64,000 bases of DNA from Lama glama. Its lineage: Eukaryota. The stretch covers positions 45,014,001 to 45,078,000 of the forward strand of contig CM052817.1 in the NCBI GenBank assembly GCA_028534125.1. Reading direction: 5' to 3'. The stretch's first letter is position 1; each line of letters begins with the position of its first letter. The position numbers were made by a program, and so were the translations under genes. This document shows, one piece after another, positions 39,001 to 51,954 of this stretch. The notes under the pieces were generated by a model that worked only from the letters and a program-made list of their open reading frames with translations, made no database searches and had not been told where the DNA came from.

Positions 39001-42000
39001 ACTGTTAGCATGTGGGATACAAGCTGATGCGTAGCAAGCTATGAGACTAGATTTGGGGCCTTGTCATGAGTGGTTGTGTACGCCATACCTAAGAGCTGGA
39101 ACGCTGTCTTCCAGAATGTGGGCATCCTCTGAGACTGCAGGTATCCTTGGTTTTTAAAGCTGACTGTGGTGGCTCCATTAGGAAGGCTCTAATACCTCCT
39201 TATTGAGGTGTCTGCAGGGTTCTTGCACAACCAAAATCTTCTATCTTGGTTCTCTAAATAACTTGTTTCTCACCAATTTCTCAAACGTGTAAATATACTT
39301 AGACAAGTTAGATGCTTGCTGTGTGGCCAGTATGAATGAACAGGTGCAGTTTTGATGGCCGCGGTTTGGTGGAAGGAGCGTGGGCTGTAGAGTCAGACAT
39401 GATTCTTGTCATTTCCATATGGGCTGCATTTCTAGCAGTGCAGCCTCAGGCGGTTAGAAAAAGTCCTGACGGTTAGAAAAAGATCGTAAAGTTATAGCTC
39501 ATGGTAGGTATTTGGTCAGTGCTTATTCTCCATGCCTTGAGTAAGTAAAATTGATGTGGCTTAGTTAACAATAATATTGCTCAATTCTTGGTGAATAGAG
39601 CATCTGTTTGAGGTTCATTACCTAAATTTTCTTTCACTTGGTTTCTTCAGTGTACGGTGAGCACGTGACATCAAGTGGGGTGCTAACGGTGAGCTCTTTT
39701 CACACAGATGGGTGGGAAAGTGCCAGTCTCAGTGAGGAGGAAGATGCCGATGGCGAGTGGGTTGATGTGCACCATTCCTCGGATGAAGAACAGAAAGAAA
39801 TCGTAAGTCCTGATGTTTCCTGTTCCAAGTGTTGGGGGGTGCTTCGCTCTCACTGGAGCCACAAGCCGTTTAAGCCCATGTCCTGCGGTTTAAGTCCGAG
39901 AAGCTGAACAGCTTGCCCCCGGAGGAGCGGAAAGCCAAAGCCGCAGCCGTCAGCACTAGCCGAGTTTTAAGTCAGGAAGACTTCCAGAAAATCCGAATGG
40001 CCCAGATGAGGAAAGAACTCGATGCTGCCCCCGGGAAGGCACAAAAGAGGAAGTGTATTGAAGTAGACAGTGACGAGGAGTCCAGGTAAAACAGCACGAA
40101 CCCCAGCTCTTCAGTCAGCTCACACGATAGTGAGAGTATTAGGGAAGGAACTTCCACCCTTGCTTCATACTGTGTTGTTTTTGCACCCCAGGGGTGAGTT
40201 ACTTTCTCTTCGGGACATTGAACGCCTTCACAAGAAGCCAAAGTCCGACAAGGAGACGAGGCTGGCAACCGCAATGGTGAGTGAGGCCTGTCGTTCCCTA
40301 GCTCTTCAAACAGAAAGCAAATAAAGTGAAGTGTGACCCAGAACTCATCTAGGCCCAGAACTGCAGGATTTTATGTTTACATTTTAGATAAAGGTGTAAT
40401 TAACGTAGCATCAAAGGCAGAGATGTGAGGGGTTCAGTTAGGTGAGTTGTAACAACTTGATAGCCATGTAACCACCGTCCAGGACAAGCTGTAGCGTGCA
40501 GAAGACACCGCTATGTGTGCTTGGTACCGGGGACTCAGGACAATTATCAGAGCTGTTAGACAAGCCCGAGGGTATTTACACTCATTCAAGAAAAGCCAGA
40601 GACAGCTGGAGTCTGCCTGTGGCAAGTACTGTTGCTGTTCGTGATTTTTAACCTGGCTACATTTCCAGCTGCATTTTTTCTACCTTCACTTGTTTCAGGC
40701 ACCATTCCAAACGGGCTCCACATCACCCTCTGTTTTCCATTTGTACTGAAGCTTAAACTTTAGATAAGTTTGAAAACCCATGTCCTTTCTTCACCGCACT
40801 TTTGCATATACTATTCCTACTTCCTGAAGTGCTCTACCTTTGCCCTCCTTCCCCCAACCAAGAAGGCCTCCATCCTGCAAAAAAAAAAAAACAGCTCCTG
40901 GATCTCCCTTTCTCGGAGGCTCCTCCGACCTCACCAGGCTGAACTAAAACCCTTTCTTCCACTGAGCTCTCCTTGCCCTATTATGATACATCATGGTCAT
41001 TTCTCCCCTGGACTGAACTGAGTTGCTCAGGAGCAAGGACTTTGTTCCACCCCCGTTAGTGTCCTTAGCATCCAGTAGAGCTCCTGGCACAGAGGAAATG
41101 TGTATATTGATGAGATAACTCCTGAAGTGGTATTTGTGTGTATGCTGATAGGCTGGCAGAACAGACCGAAAAGAATTTGTGAGGAAGAAGACCAAAATGA
41201 ATCCATTTTCCAGTTCCACAAATAAGGAGAAGAAAAAACAGAAGAATTTTATGATGATGCGGTACAGTCATAGCGTCCGGTCAAAAACTAAGCGTTCCTT
41301 CCGAGAAAAACAGGTGAGTTCAACTTGAAGCTTGTCTGGGTAGAGTAGCATTGTCATTCTAATGTTTCCCTGCATCTGAGTGGAGTTGTGCCTTCTAAGA
41401 CCTTGTATTATGTGAGTCTTAGGGTTAATGGGGAGCGTAATTGGAGAGCTTGGAGAGATGGAAAATGGTCAGGTAAATCCTAGACCTGACTTGGTTGAGA
41501 TTGAGCTGTTTGACCAAAGGGAGTCCATTTTTTCTCCTCTGTAAATAAAGGAGTGTAAGCTAGATGATCTCTAAGGTCCATTCCTATGCTAAAATTCTCT
41601 TGACGTTGCATCTATGAAATATAATAGGAAAATTAACTGAAGAATAATTTTTGCGTGCCTATTATCTGCCTGGTACTTTTTTCCAAAAAGCAGTAATAAT
41701 AAGTGGTAATATCTCAGAAACAGTTTCAGGAAAGGGGTACAAACCAAACAGTTCTTTTGTTGGCATGATCCTTCCTATATGTGCCCTTTTGCAAAGCCAT
41801 TTTGTTTGCAGGCCTTTGGGATTTTATTTTATCCATTTTTAGTCTTTGATGGGTATTCCTGGGCTGCTCTGTTGGTTTGCTTATTTCATAATTCATTGTA
41901 GCGAAACAAATTTGTGCTTTTATATCTTCCTTTACTGGGAACGTACCAGCGTTTAAGTCTAAACGTATTCTGAAGACTCTCTAGGAAATCAGGTCAAGGG

Positions 42001-44142
42001 TAAAGTAGTGCCGCTTTCTGAACCAGCGTTCCTAAATGGCTAGCCAAGGATGGGCCTGTCAGGCCTAAGTGTAACAGCCAGCTCTCCAGGGTGATGTTCT
42101 GTCTGTGTAGGAACCAAGTCAGTGTGAACTGAATGAAGGTACCACTTAAAGTCTACCTCTCTGTTTAATCTTTCTAGTTCTCAACTGTTGAACAACATTA
42201 TGTAAGTAATAAAGCATTTTGCATAGAAGTTGTTGAAAGTTGAGGTGAAAGGAGAGGAGCCATTTAAGATTTTAAATAGTCTGAATTTTGGCAATTCAAT
42301 TTAAATTCCTAGTAGAATTGATTAAATTCATTAGTTTATCCTTCCCCTGCCCTTTGTAAGATTTTGACAATTGAGGAAATAGTACTCACGCAGTCGGTAG
42401 GCCTTGCTTCATTTTGAGTTTTTAGTGACTTTGCTACATTTTAGCTGGAGGTGTTCCTTCACCCACTACTTCCTCTAATTTTAGGCATGCTTTTGGTGGC
42501 TTGGTAGAGAAGCTTTGCTTTGTTCCTGTCAGCACTTCTTGAGTTACACTTCTCTCAAAGTTAAAAGAATTTTCTATTTAATAGGAAGTTAAGAGTTCAT
42601 TGGATATGTGCACTTGTTGGTTCAAGAGTGCTTTTTCCTTCTCCAGTTTTCTTGCCATTTATCAGAATGTCTATGTATGTTTCCTTGCCCTATATCTTCT
42701 TCAAATTCTCTTCACTGTAAAACTTGACTTTAGGTTCCTAATTTTCTCTGTTCTTTTCTTCACTGTAGACCAACACTGTCCAGTAGAAATATAATGAAAA
42801 CCACATATATAATTTTTAAGTAAAAAGGTAAAAAGAATGGGGAGGGCATAGCTCAGTGGTAGAGTGCATGCTTAGCATGCACGAGGTCCTGGGTTCAATC
42901 TGTAGCACCTCCGTTAAATGAATGAGTGAATAAATAAATAAAAATAAACCTAATTGCCTCCCTCCACCAAAAATAAATATATAAATTTATTAATATTCTA
43001 AAAATAAATAAAATTAAAAAGCAAAAAGAAAGAGGTGAAATTAATTTCAGTAAAATATTTTATTAACCCAGTGTATCCAAAGTAGTGTCGATTCAATGTC
43101 TAATCAGTATCAGAATTATTAAATGAGTTATCTTACATTCCTGTTTTTAAGCTACTTGAAATCCAGCGTGTCTTACCCTTGTGGCACATCTCAGCTTGCA
43201 CTGGCCACATTTCAGTGCTCAGCAGCCACGTGTAGCTAGGGCTACTGTATTGGATGGTGCAACTACAGAGCGTCTCCAAAAAGACTAGAGGAGGAAAGTA
43301 AAGCACACAATAGGAGAAAGAGAGGATGACTTTGCAGTGAAGATTTTTAGAAGATAAAGGAAGAGGAGGGAGTATATATCTTCCTTATGTTTGGGTGGTA
43401 GACTGTGAAGGGGAAAGGGAACTGATGGATGGGGGAGAGTAGCCTGTGCTTTGTCACAAATAAGTAGAATTAAATCCATATAACCCGGGTTATATAACAG
43501 TATTAGCTAATACATGATTCTTACCACATGGTTTAACTGTTCTACAGCTTTCCATCTTTTAATTCATTTGATCAGTATACAACAGTATGAGCAGATACTG
43601 TGATTAAACTGACTTTACGGATGAGAAAATAAGACATAGATAGATGAGTCTGAGAAATACCTTCTAGGCCACACAAATTAGGTTAAGATGAACTTATTAA
43701 TTTTCTCTACCATAAGTGTTGCAGTTATTCTGCCTGTCTACAAAGACATACAAAGTCCCAGATCTGAGCTGAAGGCAAGGACTCAATAACTAAAAAAAGT
43801 TTGAATATTTAGATGAAGAGCCAGGCAGCTTCCACCCTCCAGCCCCAAAATGCTTTGAAGTTTCTAGGACTCAGAGAGTGGTGGATGCTTGGGAATTAAT
43901 AGAATAATTAATATCCATCACACACCTAAGATGCGTACATTGGCCTTGGTTATCTTCTTTTTCTAATGTGGGTTTATTCTTCATAATCTTTTATTTAATA
44001 TTCTCTTTTTGGGGGGAACTGTAAAACTTTGTAAGGATGTTCATAGATTCACTTTGAACATTGGGGCTTAGGTATTTTTTTCTTTATCTTCCAGCTGGCG
44101 CTACGAGATGCACTCTTGAAAAAGAGAAAAAGAATGAAGTAA
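20808..44142 (+). CDS. SDAD1: Protein SDA1 homolog (60S biogenesis factor), 688 aa, complete. Exons 20808-20897, 22354-22458, 22914-23012, 25498-25608, 27492-27563, 27643-27743, 28698-28755, 29302-29376, 30561-30662, 31382-31451, 32443-32546, 34279-34336, 35246-35304, 35925-36001, 37267-37364, 37471-37547, 38121-38250, 39708-39802, 39895-40085, 40192-40276, 41152-41313, 44095-44142
   Basis: 22 phase-compatible GT-AG exons totalling 2067 nt; translation [38 protein letters not shown]...[21 protein letters not shown] matches recalled SDAD1. Confidence 0.98.
23455..23844 (+). mobile_element. ERVL LTR (LTR16-like) in SDAD1 intron 3
   Basis: gttggctgctaatggcccccagctg, tccccagggct and terminal acccaacctaagaca. 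Confidence 0.55.
26360..27310 (-). mobile_element. Old antisense L1 (L1MB-like) interrupted by a younger L1
   Basis: Poly-T then ttttattgagctataattc...aagtgtacaattcagtggtttttagtatattcacagag; resumes after ~27115 (acattttgtttattcatgc...ggatcatatggtaactccatg). Confidence 0.75.
26760..27103 (+). mobile_element. Younger LINE-1 3'UTR fragment nested in the older L1
   Basis: atgtggaatc...gaacttatttacaaaacagaaatagactcacagacatagaa...tcaataaaaaaa; same family as 48904-49701 and 63107-63487. Confidence 0.85.
30812..30912 (-). mobile_element. tRNA-derived SINE, short form
   Basis: Reverse complement of tagctcagtggtacagcg...gggttcaatccc; flanking repeat agcactaat(c/t)tttt. Confidence 0.85.
31801..32155. 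mobile_element. Two adjacent hAT-Charlie MITEs (MER5-like)
   Basis: Both start with cagtggttctcaaact-like termini (31801, 31984); the second has ttctgattcagtaggtctggg and gaccacactttg. Confidence 0.7.
34865..35200 (-). mobile_element. LINE-2 fragment
   Basis: ccttcatagagcttacattctag and gtgttccaggcagag motifs. Confidence 0.55.
36596..37020 (+). mobile_element. Non-autonomous Tigger1-derived DNA transposon (TcMar)
   Basis: TA|caggcatacctc...gaggtaggcctg|CA termini (inverted repeat, one mismatch); internal ttttattgcactttg motif; 425 bp internally deleted copy. Confidence 0.85.
42770..43265 (+). mobile_element. hAT-Charlie MITE (MER33/MER3-like) interrupted by a SINE
   Basis: ctgtccagtagaaatataatg...ccacatatataatttt start; gccacgtgtagctagggctactgtattgga end. 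Confidence 0.75.
42839..43015 (+). mobile_element. tRNA-derived SINE, long-tail form
   Basis: ggggagggcatagctcagtggtagagtgcatgcttagcatgcacgaggtcctgggttcaatc, then (aata)n, aaacctaattgcctccc and an A-rich tail; flanking aaaaag(gt/c)aaaaagaa. Confidence 0.9.
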
Positions 44143-44378
44143 CTTCCAAGCAAATTTTCCATTCCAAGGAGGATGCTAAATTTGTGTCATTACTCTGAAA
44201 ATTAGTAAACTAAGAATGTTTGTTTACATTAAAAATTCAGAAACACTATATTGTGAAAACCACAGTAAACTTGGTAGCTTTTGGTGTTCTTATTTTAGAG
44301 ATGGCTAATGGTTTGAAATGAAATAGTAAATGGTGGTTTAAAGTGATTTTCATTTAGTATTCATGCCCCCCAAAAAGG

Positions 44379-44406
44379 ATATATATATATAGAGAGAGAG
44401 AGAGAG
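44379..44406. repeat. (AT)6(AG)8 compound microsatellite in SDAD1 3'UTR
   Basis: Read directly. Confidence 0.9.
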
Positions 44407-44939
44407 TGCCTATTAATTGTCACTGAAGATATAATGAACCATAATTCCTCACTCAAGGCATTTATAGCCTATTTATGGGATGAGGCGCGAGGCAGGTGTG
44501 TATATGTGTATTTACAGTGCAGTATAAATAGTTCTCTAGTAGAGATAGGGCCATGTTTCTGTGGGGTCACAGACACCTTATGGACTAACTCTGCATGGGG
44601 GTTATGTATTCTCTTAAAACAGGACAATGTTACAAGAGTAAGAGGATCTTACTTGTAAATAGGCTTACCTGCTGAAAACAGGTCCCTGCTGTACAGATTT
44701 TGGATAGACAATTTAGCATTTTTAGTCTTATCCAAAAGACATTTTTTTTAATTCTAGCTGCAGGCTTTTTGGTTAAGACCTTGCTTTTTAAATTGCCTTA
44801 CGTATAAATAGTAATGTTGGGGTGACTTAAGTTCATCATTTGGGCTGCCCACGCTTCCATAGAGGAAAAAGAAATCAGATTGGTTTCCTCAGCCTTCCTT
44901 CACCCTGTAAAATGTTCAGCCCACTATTTCCCTTGTCTC

Positions 44940-44945
44940 AATAAA
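44940..44945 (+). terminator. SDAD1: SDAD1 polyadenylation signal AATAAA
   Basis: AATAAA 0.8 kb after the stop with GT-rich downstream element (gtggtgtgtgttgtct); a proximal ATTAAA is at 44228-44233. Confidence 0.75.
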
Positions 44946-46714
44946 AGGCTTCTTATGTCAAATAGGCGCTCTGTGTGCCGAGTGGTGTGTGTTGTCTCCC
45001 TTCCCCTGGCATGCTTGAGATTTCAGGGGACGTGAGAGCTGTGGTCAGTCTGTTTGTAAGTTGTTGCATTTGGAAATAGTTTGGTGCCTTTTGTCTCAGA
45101 TTTCTTGGATAATATATTGTGGTAGTTGGGAAAACTGCTTCAAATGAGAGTAAAAGGCAATTTTCTGTCTACTCAGCATCTTCTAAAATGACTTTTCTTG
45201 TTCCTTTTCTAGCATCTTCTCACTTTCTGAGTTCAACTTCAGTTTTATTTGAATGAAACTTTGTAGCTTTCCCTAAGACACCCCATACCACTAGGGATTA
45301 GTTGTGAAGACCTTGAGGTTTAATGATTAAATTGCACTGCCCTACCTAGGGAGAGGAGGCCTCAGTCCCCAGCAACTTCAGCGTTTCACAGGAAGTGTCT
45401 GGTGCAGATGTAGATCTCAGACTTGCAACTGGTGGTTTTTTTTTTTTTTTTGGTCATTTTTGAACTGGGTATCTCTTTAGATGTATAGCTTCAGAGAGGT
45501 AATTAAATTCAAAATGGCCTAGCAGCTAGGGTCCGTAACTTTGCTGTGTGAATTGTGATAGTGCGTGGAACTTTTGTCCTTCCCCTAGACTTTCCCACCC
45601 CTTAGCTGCTAAGAGGCCAGAGTCCATTCTGTGTTCTGACTTCTGTTTTTCTACTGTGGTTTCACCCGACTCATAACTGAAGTTTATATGCAAGCTAAAT
45701 ATCTGGCTTGAAAAGCTATAGCCTTAACTTTTATTTCTTTAATCCCATAGTATCTTATTCCCATCTGATTCCTTTTATTGTTTTATAAATCTTCTCTTGA
45801 GAATATCTTCTGTTTACTCTGAATTTGGAGTCAGAGTCTCACAAGGCTAGATACTGCCAGCAAAGTCACAGTGACCTTTCAGGGTGACTTTTACCTTGAC
45901 AAAGTCACAGGGTTTGAGCTTCAGCTTTTTAGTCTTAAATTTTTATCAACACTGAGAATGGGGCCATTTCAGGGATAAACTCACATTGTCCAAGCTTATA
46001 ATGTATATAAAGTAATGTATATATCTAGAATGCTGATACATTATTTATATGTTCTCAGCAAGTTCCACCAGAAAATCTGCTCCAGAGAAGACAGAGTCTG
46101 TTCTGTGCTCTGTCCCCAGTACTAGTCCAGTGCCCAGTATGTAGCTCCTCAACAGGTATTTGAACACCTCATATAACTCCTAACTGTCAGTCTTTTCTCT
46201 GCAAATGACATACCGCCTACCTCATCGATTGGGTGTGAACCAGTGTTTATAAGCAGTTAGCGTGGTGTTTGCCACAGAGTAGTAAATTTCTCATCAAAGA
46301 TTGGATGTCTATTAAGTTATTATTTTATATTTTGCTTAATTTACTTGAAACAACAATTGCAGTTACTACAGATATTTGTTTTACCCCTTATACATTTTGG
46401 GGGTACTAGTTTGAAATACGAAAATGTATACTGAATGCTTACCATGTTGCAAACACAGTGATCATGCTGTATAGAAATTTGTAATCCAGTGAAGGAAACA
46501 GACTTACGAAATGACTATTTTTTTAAAAATCCACTTACAGAACTATCAAAAAAGGCACAGTACAGGGCTAGGGGCATCCTGAGGAAGGGGCAGTTTAGCT
46601 GCAGAAGGATGAAATGCCCACTCACTAACACACTGATACATATGATGAACAGGGCTGCAGTAGGAGATAAATTCCTGAATAACAAGAGAAAAGTTAGGGT
46701 TTAAAAGTTGGTAT

Positions 46715-46802
46715 GGAGGTTGGTGGTATAGCTCAGTGGTAGAGCGTGTGCTCAGCATGCTCGAGGTCCTGGGTTCAGTCCCAGTACCTCCATTAAAAAA
46801 TA
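46715..46802 (+). mobile_element. tRNA-derived SINE, short form
   Basis: gtatagctcagtggtagagcg...gggttcagtcccagtacctcc plus A tail; TSD aaaagtt(g/t)gtat at 46703-46714 and 46803-46814. Confidence 0.9.
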
Positions 46803-48903
46803 AAAAGTTTGTATAATTTTTAAAGGTTACAATTAATATAAATTTTGTTTTCATTATCTCATATCCTAATTCTTTGAAAATTTATGATCTATATAGAGTG
46901 TTACATGGCAACTCAGTATTGACCAGCAGGTTTATGTTCAGACTATTTTAGATAAACACATTTTGAAACTATTCTACCAAGTGACAATACAGTTCTTCCA
47001 AGTGACATCCTTTATTGTATAAAAGTGAAACTTAAAGTTAACTACTGCTTACATATTTTGAGAATATTTTATGAGTTTTTTTAAAATCTTGAATAGGAAG
47101 GTAAGACAGTGAGGTGGAGCTTTTTATCTTTTATAAGAAAATGACATTTTCCCTCCTGTTACAGAGCATTTGATATGGAAGCAAGAACAGAGAGCATAGC
47201 TAATTCTGTACTGTTTAAATATTGTATATTTGTATAGGGCATTCCTTATGTGGTAATTTTACTTCTTTCTACAGATTCTGCTTTTGATGTTTTGTCAGTC
47301 TGGAAGTGGTTAAATAAATGTGATTTATCCACATGATGGAATACTGTGCAGCCATTAAAATGTTTATAACAGGAATTACTTACTGTGAATGAGAACAAAA
47401 TATATTTATACTATTAAAATTACACATGTAAGAAAATGGGGAATAATAGAAGCCCAAGAAGAAAGCCACCAAATATTAAAGTGATTTTCTTTGGTATCAG
47501 GATCATGTGTGAGAGGTTTTTATTTCTGCTTTGCTCTCTGTCTTTTACAGTGTGTATGCTATGCTGCAACTGTGTTATTGTATCAGAAGCACAGTAACTT
47601 ATTTGAGGCAAGGGAATAAAGACTCGTTCTTATGAATTAGTTTTTTATCACAAGAGGATTGCACCTTAAACCAAGGCAAGGATTGGTTTGAAAATACTCC
47701 CAGAGGAGTTGTAGTCTCACCTTATTAATGACTCTCTTCCACTGATTTACTGATGGGGTGCTAGTCATGCTTAGTTTGGGACCCTTTGACTCTAGCCCGC
47801 AATACCCAATGTTAGCAAAGTGTTGAATTAGTATAATTCTTAGGGGAAATAATTAGTGCTTTGTATCAAGAGCCTTAAAAAACAGTCATAATGTTTGACT
47901 CAGCCCACTTCTGAGAGTCTAGTCAAAGAAAATGGTCGAAAATGTGGCAAAGATGTGTTTGAGGATGTTTCTGCTGCAAGTAACAGAGTATGTATCTAAA
48001 ATTAGTCTAGCCAAATTGGAGTTTCACTGAAGAAGTCTGGAGTGGACAGTTGCTGGCCTGAGGTCAGCTACTCAATGATGCCTTCAGGATCTTGGGCTCT
48101 GTTTCTGCTTTGTCATTTTTAGTGTGGATTTGAATACTGACTGGCAGCTTTATGACCTCAGGCAAGTTACTCAACATTTCTGTGTGGAGGTCTCCTGTCG
48201 GTAAAATGGACGTGATAGTCCACCTTCACAGACATTTCTTGTAAGTTTAAGGCAACAAGAAGGGCATTGCCACATCCATCCCTTTTACTAGGAAAGCAAA
48301 AAGCTTTTGCAGGATCCCTGTAACAGCCTTCCTTTGGGTCTCATTAGCCAAAACTGGGTTATGGCCACGCTATCAAAACTGGAAGCCAAGAAAGCAGGAA
48401 GTAAGATTGTTGACCACTCAGCTTAAATGGACCGTAATATTCCCAACAGAATGGGGCTTCTGTTAGCAGTGTAGAAAGGGAAATAGATTTTGGGTAGACA
48501 ACTAGCCATGTCTACCACCGGCTAACTGTAGGGAAATACTCGTTGCAGCATAATTTATAGTGGCAAAAATGGGTGTGAGAAAATATCTCAAAATATGGGA
48601 ATAGTTAAGCAACCTGAGTTAGAATAGTCAACTATTAATCACCTTGATAAAAAGTTGGTTTAAAGATAATGTATAAACGCTATAGCAATGTGGAAAATGT
48701 GCCATTATTTTCAAAAGCAAAATGTAACGTGTTTTAGGACAAATATTTTTCATATGTTTGATGAAATTGGAATATGTCTTAAAATTTTTCCAGCCAAATG
48801 ACTATCTACACAGTTGCACATTCATGCATGTTCATGAACTTGGTCTGAAAATCTTAAGTTGACATCTGCTAAGAACAAGCAAGGACCAGTATCAAAACTT
48901 GCA

Positions 48904-49701
48904 GAAGTCAGAATGGCCATCATTAAAAAAATCAAATGATAAATGCTGGAGAAAGTGTGGAGAACAGGGAACCCTCCTACACTGTTGGTGGGAATGTAGT
49001 TTGGTGTAGCCAATATGGAAACAGTATGGAGATTCCTCAGAAATCTAAAAATAGGCTTACCATGTGATCCAGCAATCCCATTCCTGGGCATATATCTGGA
49101 GGGAACCTTAATTCAAAAAAGACACATGCACCCCAATGTTCACAGCACTGTTTACAATAGCCAAGACATGGAAGCAACCTAAATGTCCATCAACAGCTGA
49201 CTGGATAAAGACGTTGTGGTATATTTATACAGTGGAATTCTACTGAGCCATAAAAAAAATAAAATAATGCCATTTGCAGCAACATGGATGGACCTGGAGA
49301 TCGTCATTCTAAGTGAAGTAAGCCAGAAAGAGAAAGAAATATACCTTGTGATATCACTTACATGTGGAATCTTAAAAAAGGACATAAATGAACTTATTTC
49401 CAAAACAGAAACAGACTCACAGACATAGAAAACAAACATGGTTACTGGAGGGGAAAAGGGTGGAAAGGGATAAATTGGGAGTTCAAGATTTGCAGATACT
49501 AAGTACTATATATAAAATGAACAAGTTTCTTCTGAATAGCACACGGAACTATATTCAATATCTTATAGTAACCTATAATAAAGAATATGAAAATGAATAT
49601 ATGTATGTATATATATGGCTGAACGATTATGCTGTACACAAGAAATCAACACAGCATTGTAAACTGACTACACTTCAATAAAAAATTTTTTTGAATTAAA
49701 A
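48904..49701 (+). mobile_element. 5'-truncated LINE-1 (ORF2 C-terminus plus 3'UTR) with TSD
   Basis: Encodes ...IMPFAATWMDLEIVILSEVSQKEK (L1 ORF2 end); perfect TSD aaaacttgca at 48894-48903 and 49702-49711. Confidence 0.95.
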
Positions 49702-50357
49702 AAAACTTGCAAAACAGTCAATACCTAGTAAAAAACAAAATCCAGAAAACAGTGGAACATTTTTCTAAAATTTTTAACTTTTTATTGGTGTATAATAATA
49801 TATACATAAAGAAAAGCACAAATATCATTTAGTGTACTTAAGCTCAATGAATTTTTACAAGTTGAATACATCCCTCGTTATCAGCACCCAGATCAAGAAA
49901 CAGAACATTACCACCACCCGGTAAGCCCCCTTTCTGAGTGGAGAACTCAAGAAATGCTGCATCACCAAGGTTCTTCAATCACACCAGTTTTCCATGTGTG
50001 GAAAAATCTGGGCATCTAGGATGCCAAGTCACACAAAGATTCACAAGAATCTGATTCTGAATGTAAAGAAGCTTATGCAATATTTTAACCAATTTGTTTC
50101 ACTTTTTAAAATATGTACAAGAGGAGGTATGTGATTTTTAAATACCTGTGACAAAAGACTTAGCAATACATAGACATTTTTAAATTCTAATAAGAAAGCA
50201 TTGTGTTGTAATTTAAATGTCAGCAAGTGTCTCTTTAAGACACATAAAATAATAGTGCTTCTTACAACTTAAATTTTATAAATATAATATGCATATGAAA
50301 ATAGTGTGGTGAGAATATAGCTGATTGGGTTTTCTTTTTCCTCCACATAATAAACAT

Positions 50358-50447
50358 GTTTTAGGGTTTGCCAATGAAACAGAACCAATCGGAGATATAG
50401 GTAGGTAGGTAGACAGACAGACTAGATAGGTAGGTAGGTAGATAGAT

Positions 50448-50503
<56 letters not shown>

Positions 50504-50625
50504 GGATTGACTCAGGAGATTATGGAGGCCAAGAAGACCCATGATCTGCTGTCCTCAAACTGGAGAACCAGAAAAGCCAGTGGTGTGATTCAATCCAAAT
50601 CTGAAGACCTTTGTTTCAAGAATGC
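50358..50625 (-). mobile_element. ERVL LTR (MLT2-like) fragment containing a (GGTA)/(GATA)n microsatellite at ~50395-50502
   Basis: tagggtttgccaatgaaacagaaccaat...attatggaggccaagaag...tggagaaccagaaaagcc. Confidence 0.75.
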
Positions 50626-50929
50626 CAATGGTCTAGTTTTTTTTTAATATAAAATATTGCTAGTCCCATTCTTATTAGCAAGATCCAATTTTAGTGTACC
50701 TACTACTTCTGTAATTTAAATATTAACATCAGATCCAGGGGTGCTTTAAAAGGGAATTTGGCCAAAGGGTAAAGGAAAATTAAAGACGACATAGGAACTT
50801 AACTCTGGAAAATGTTACAGAAGGGGAAATATAAAAGAATTACACAGAAACTAAAGAATAAATTATGATATTTCACAACTTCTTGTTTTAAGGATACTTA
50901 AATCTTTCTCTTTCTAAAAATTTTAGAAA

Positions 50930-51172
50930 CATTTTACTATTTTAATTGTGATTTTTAGAAACATCAAAAAATGAAACATATCCATTTCCTAGATTTGTTG
51001 AGTGTTAGTTTTTACCATATTCTTTTTTATTTTAAAGAAATAGAACATTAAGATTGCAACTGAAGCCCTACCCAGCCATTTCTTCCCTTTTCTCAGGGAT
51101 AACCACGGTCTTGAAGTTGATGCCTATTATTCCTTTATGTATTTTTTTCTCTTACTACATTTGTGCATGTAC

Positions 51173-51204
<32 letters not shown>

Positions 51205-51900
51205 GAATGTATCATTTAGTATCTTAAAATTTTACATAAATGGTGTCATTGTATATATTCTTTTGCTGACTGTACAACAACATTAGATTCTGGATAAATG
51301 AAGATTCTTTCATTTTAACTGTTATAATAGTTTCCCATTGTTTATTTATAAATCCACAATTTATCATTACCCTCCTGAAGAGCAGTTCGGTTTTTTGCAT
51401 TTTTGCTATTTAAAAATCTTGCCCCAATGAAGCTTTGTATATGTCTCCTTGGTATATGTCTTAGAGTCATTTCTTTATCCAAAGTTTACATAGAAGCTTA
51501 GAAATGGAATTCCTGGGTTATAGGGTCCATGAGTCTTCAGGTTTACTAGGCAATGCTGAGTTACACATTCCTAATAACTCATATGAATTCCGATTTTAGC
51601 ACATCCATGTCAACACTTGGTGTTATTAGACTCTAGAACTTTAGATAATCTGTTGTTGGTGAAATGGTATCATTGTTTTAATTTGCATTTCAGTGGTTAC
51701 TAGTGAGTTTGAGTTGCTTCACATGGATTTTTGCCATTTGATTTTCCTCTTTAATAGCTTTTTGGTTTGTTTTTTTCTTATTGACTTGCAGGGGGTCTTT
51801 ATATATTCTGGATACCAATTATTTGTCAATTACTTATGTTGCAAGTATCTCCACAGATAGGCAATACCATCTGTGTGATAAACTAAGTTCCCATATATAC
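50930..51900 (-). mobile_element. Ancient L1 (L1ME-like) fragment with (TG)n at 51174-51199
   Basis: gaaatggtatcattgttttaatttgcattt and ctttatatattctggatac motifs. Confidence 0.6.
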
Positions 51901-51954
51901 TTTGGATCTGGGAATTTTAAAAAACAGTCCTGAGTTTGTTTAAAAATTTTTTAA

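Noticed and set aside
39451..39482. 13-bp direct repeat cggttagaaaaag with a 6-nt spacer
   Set aside because: Small local duplication in intronic sequence with no sign of function
42839..42912. tRNA-like sequence as a real tRNA gene (also 46715-46792)
   Set aside because: A-rich tails, TSDs, diverged stems and multiple dispersed copies show these are SINEs
48822..49681. Several overlapping 70-97 aa ORFs
   Set aside because: All lie in a truncated, frameshifted L1 copy
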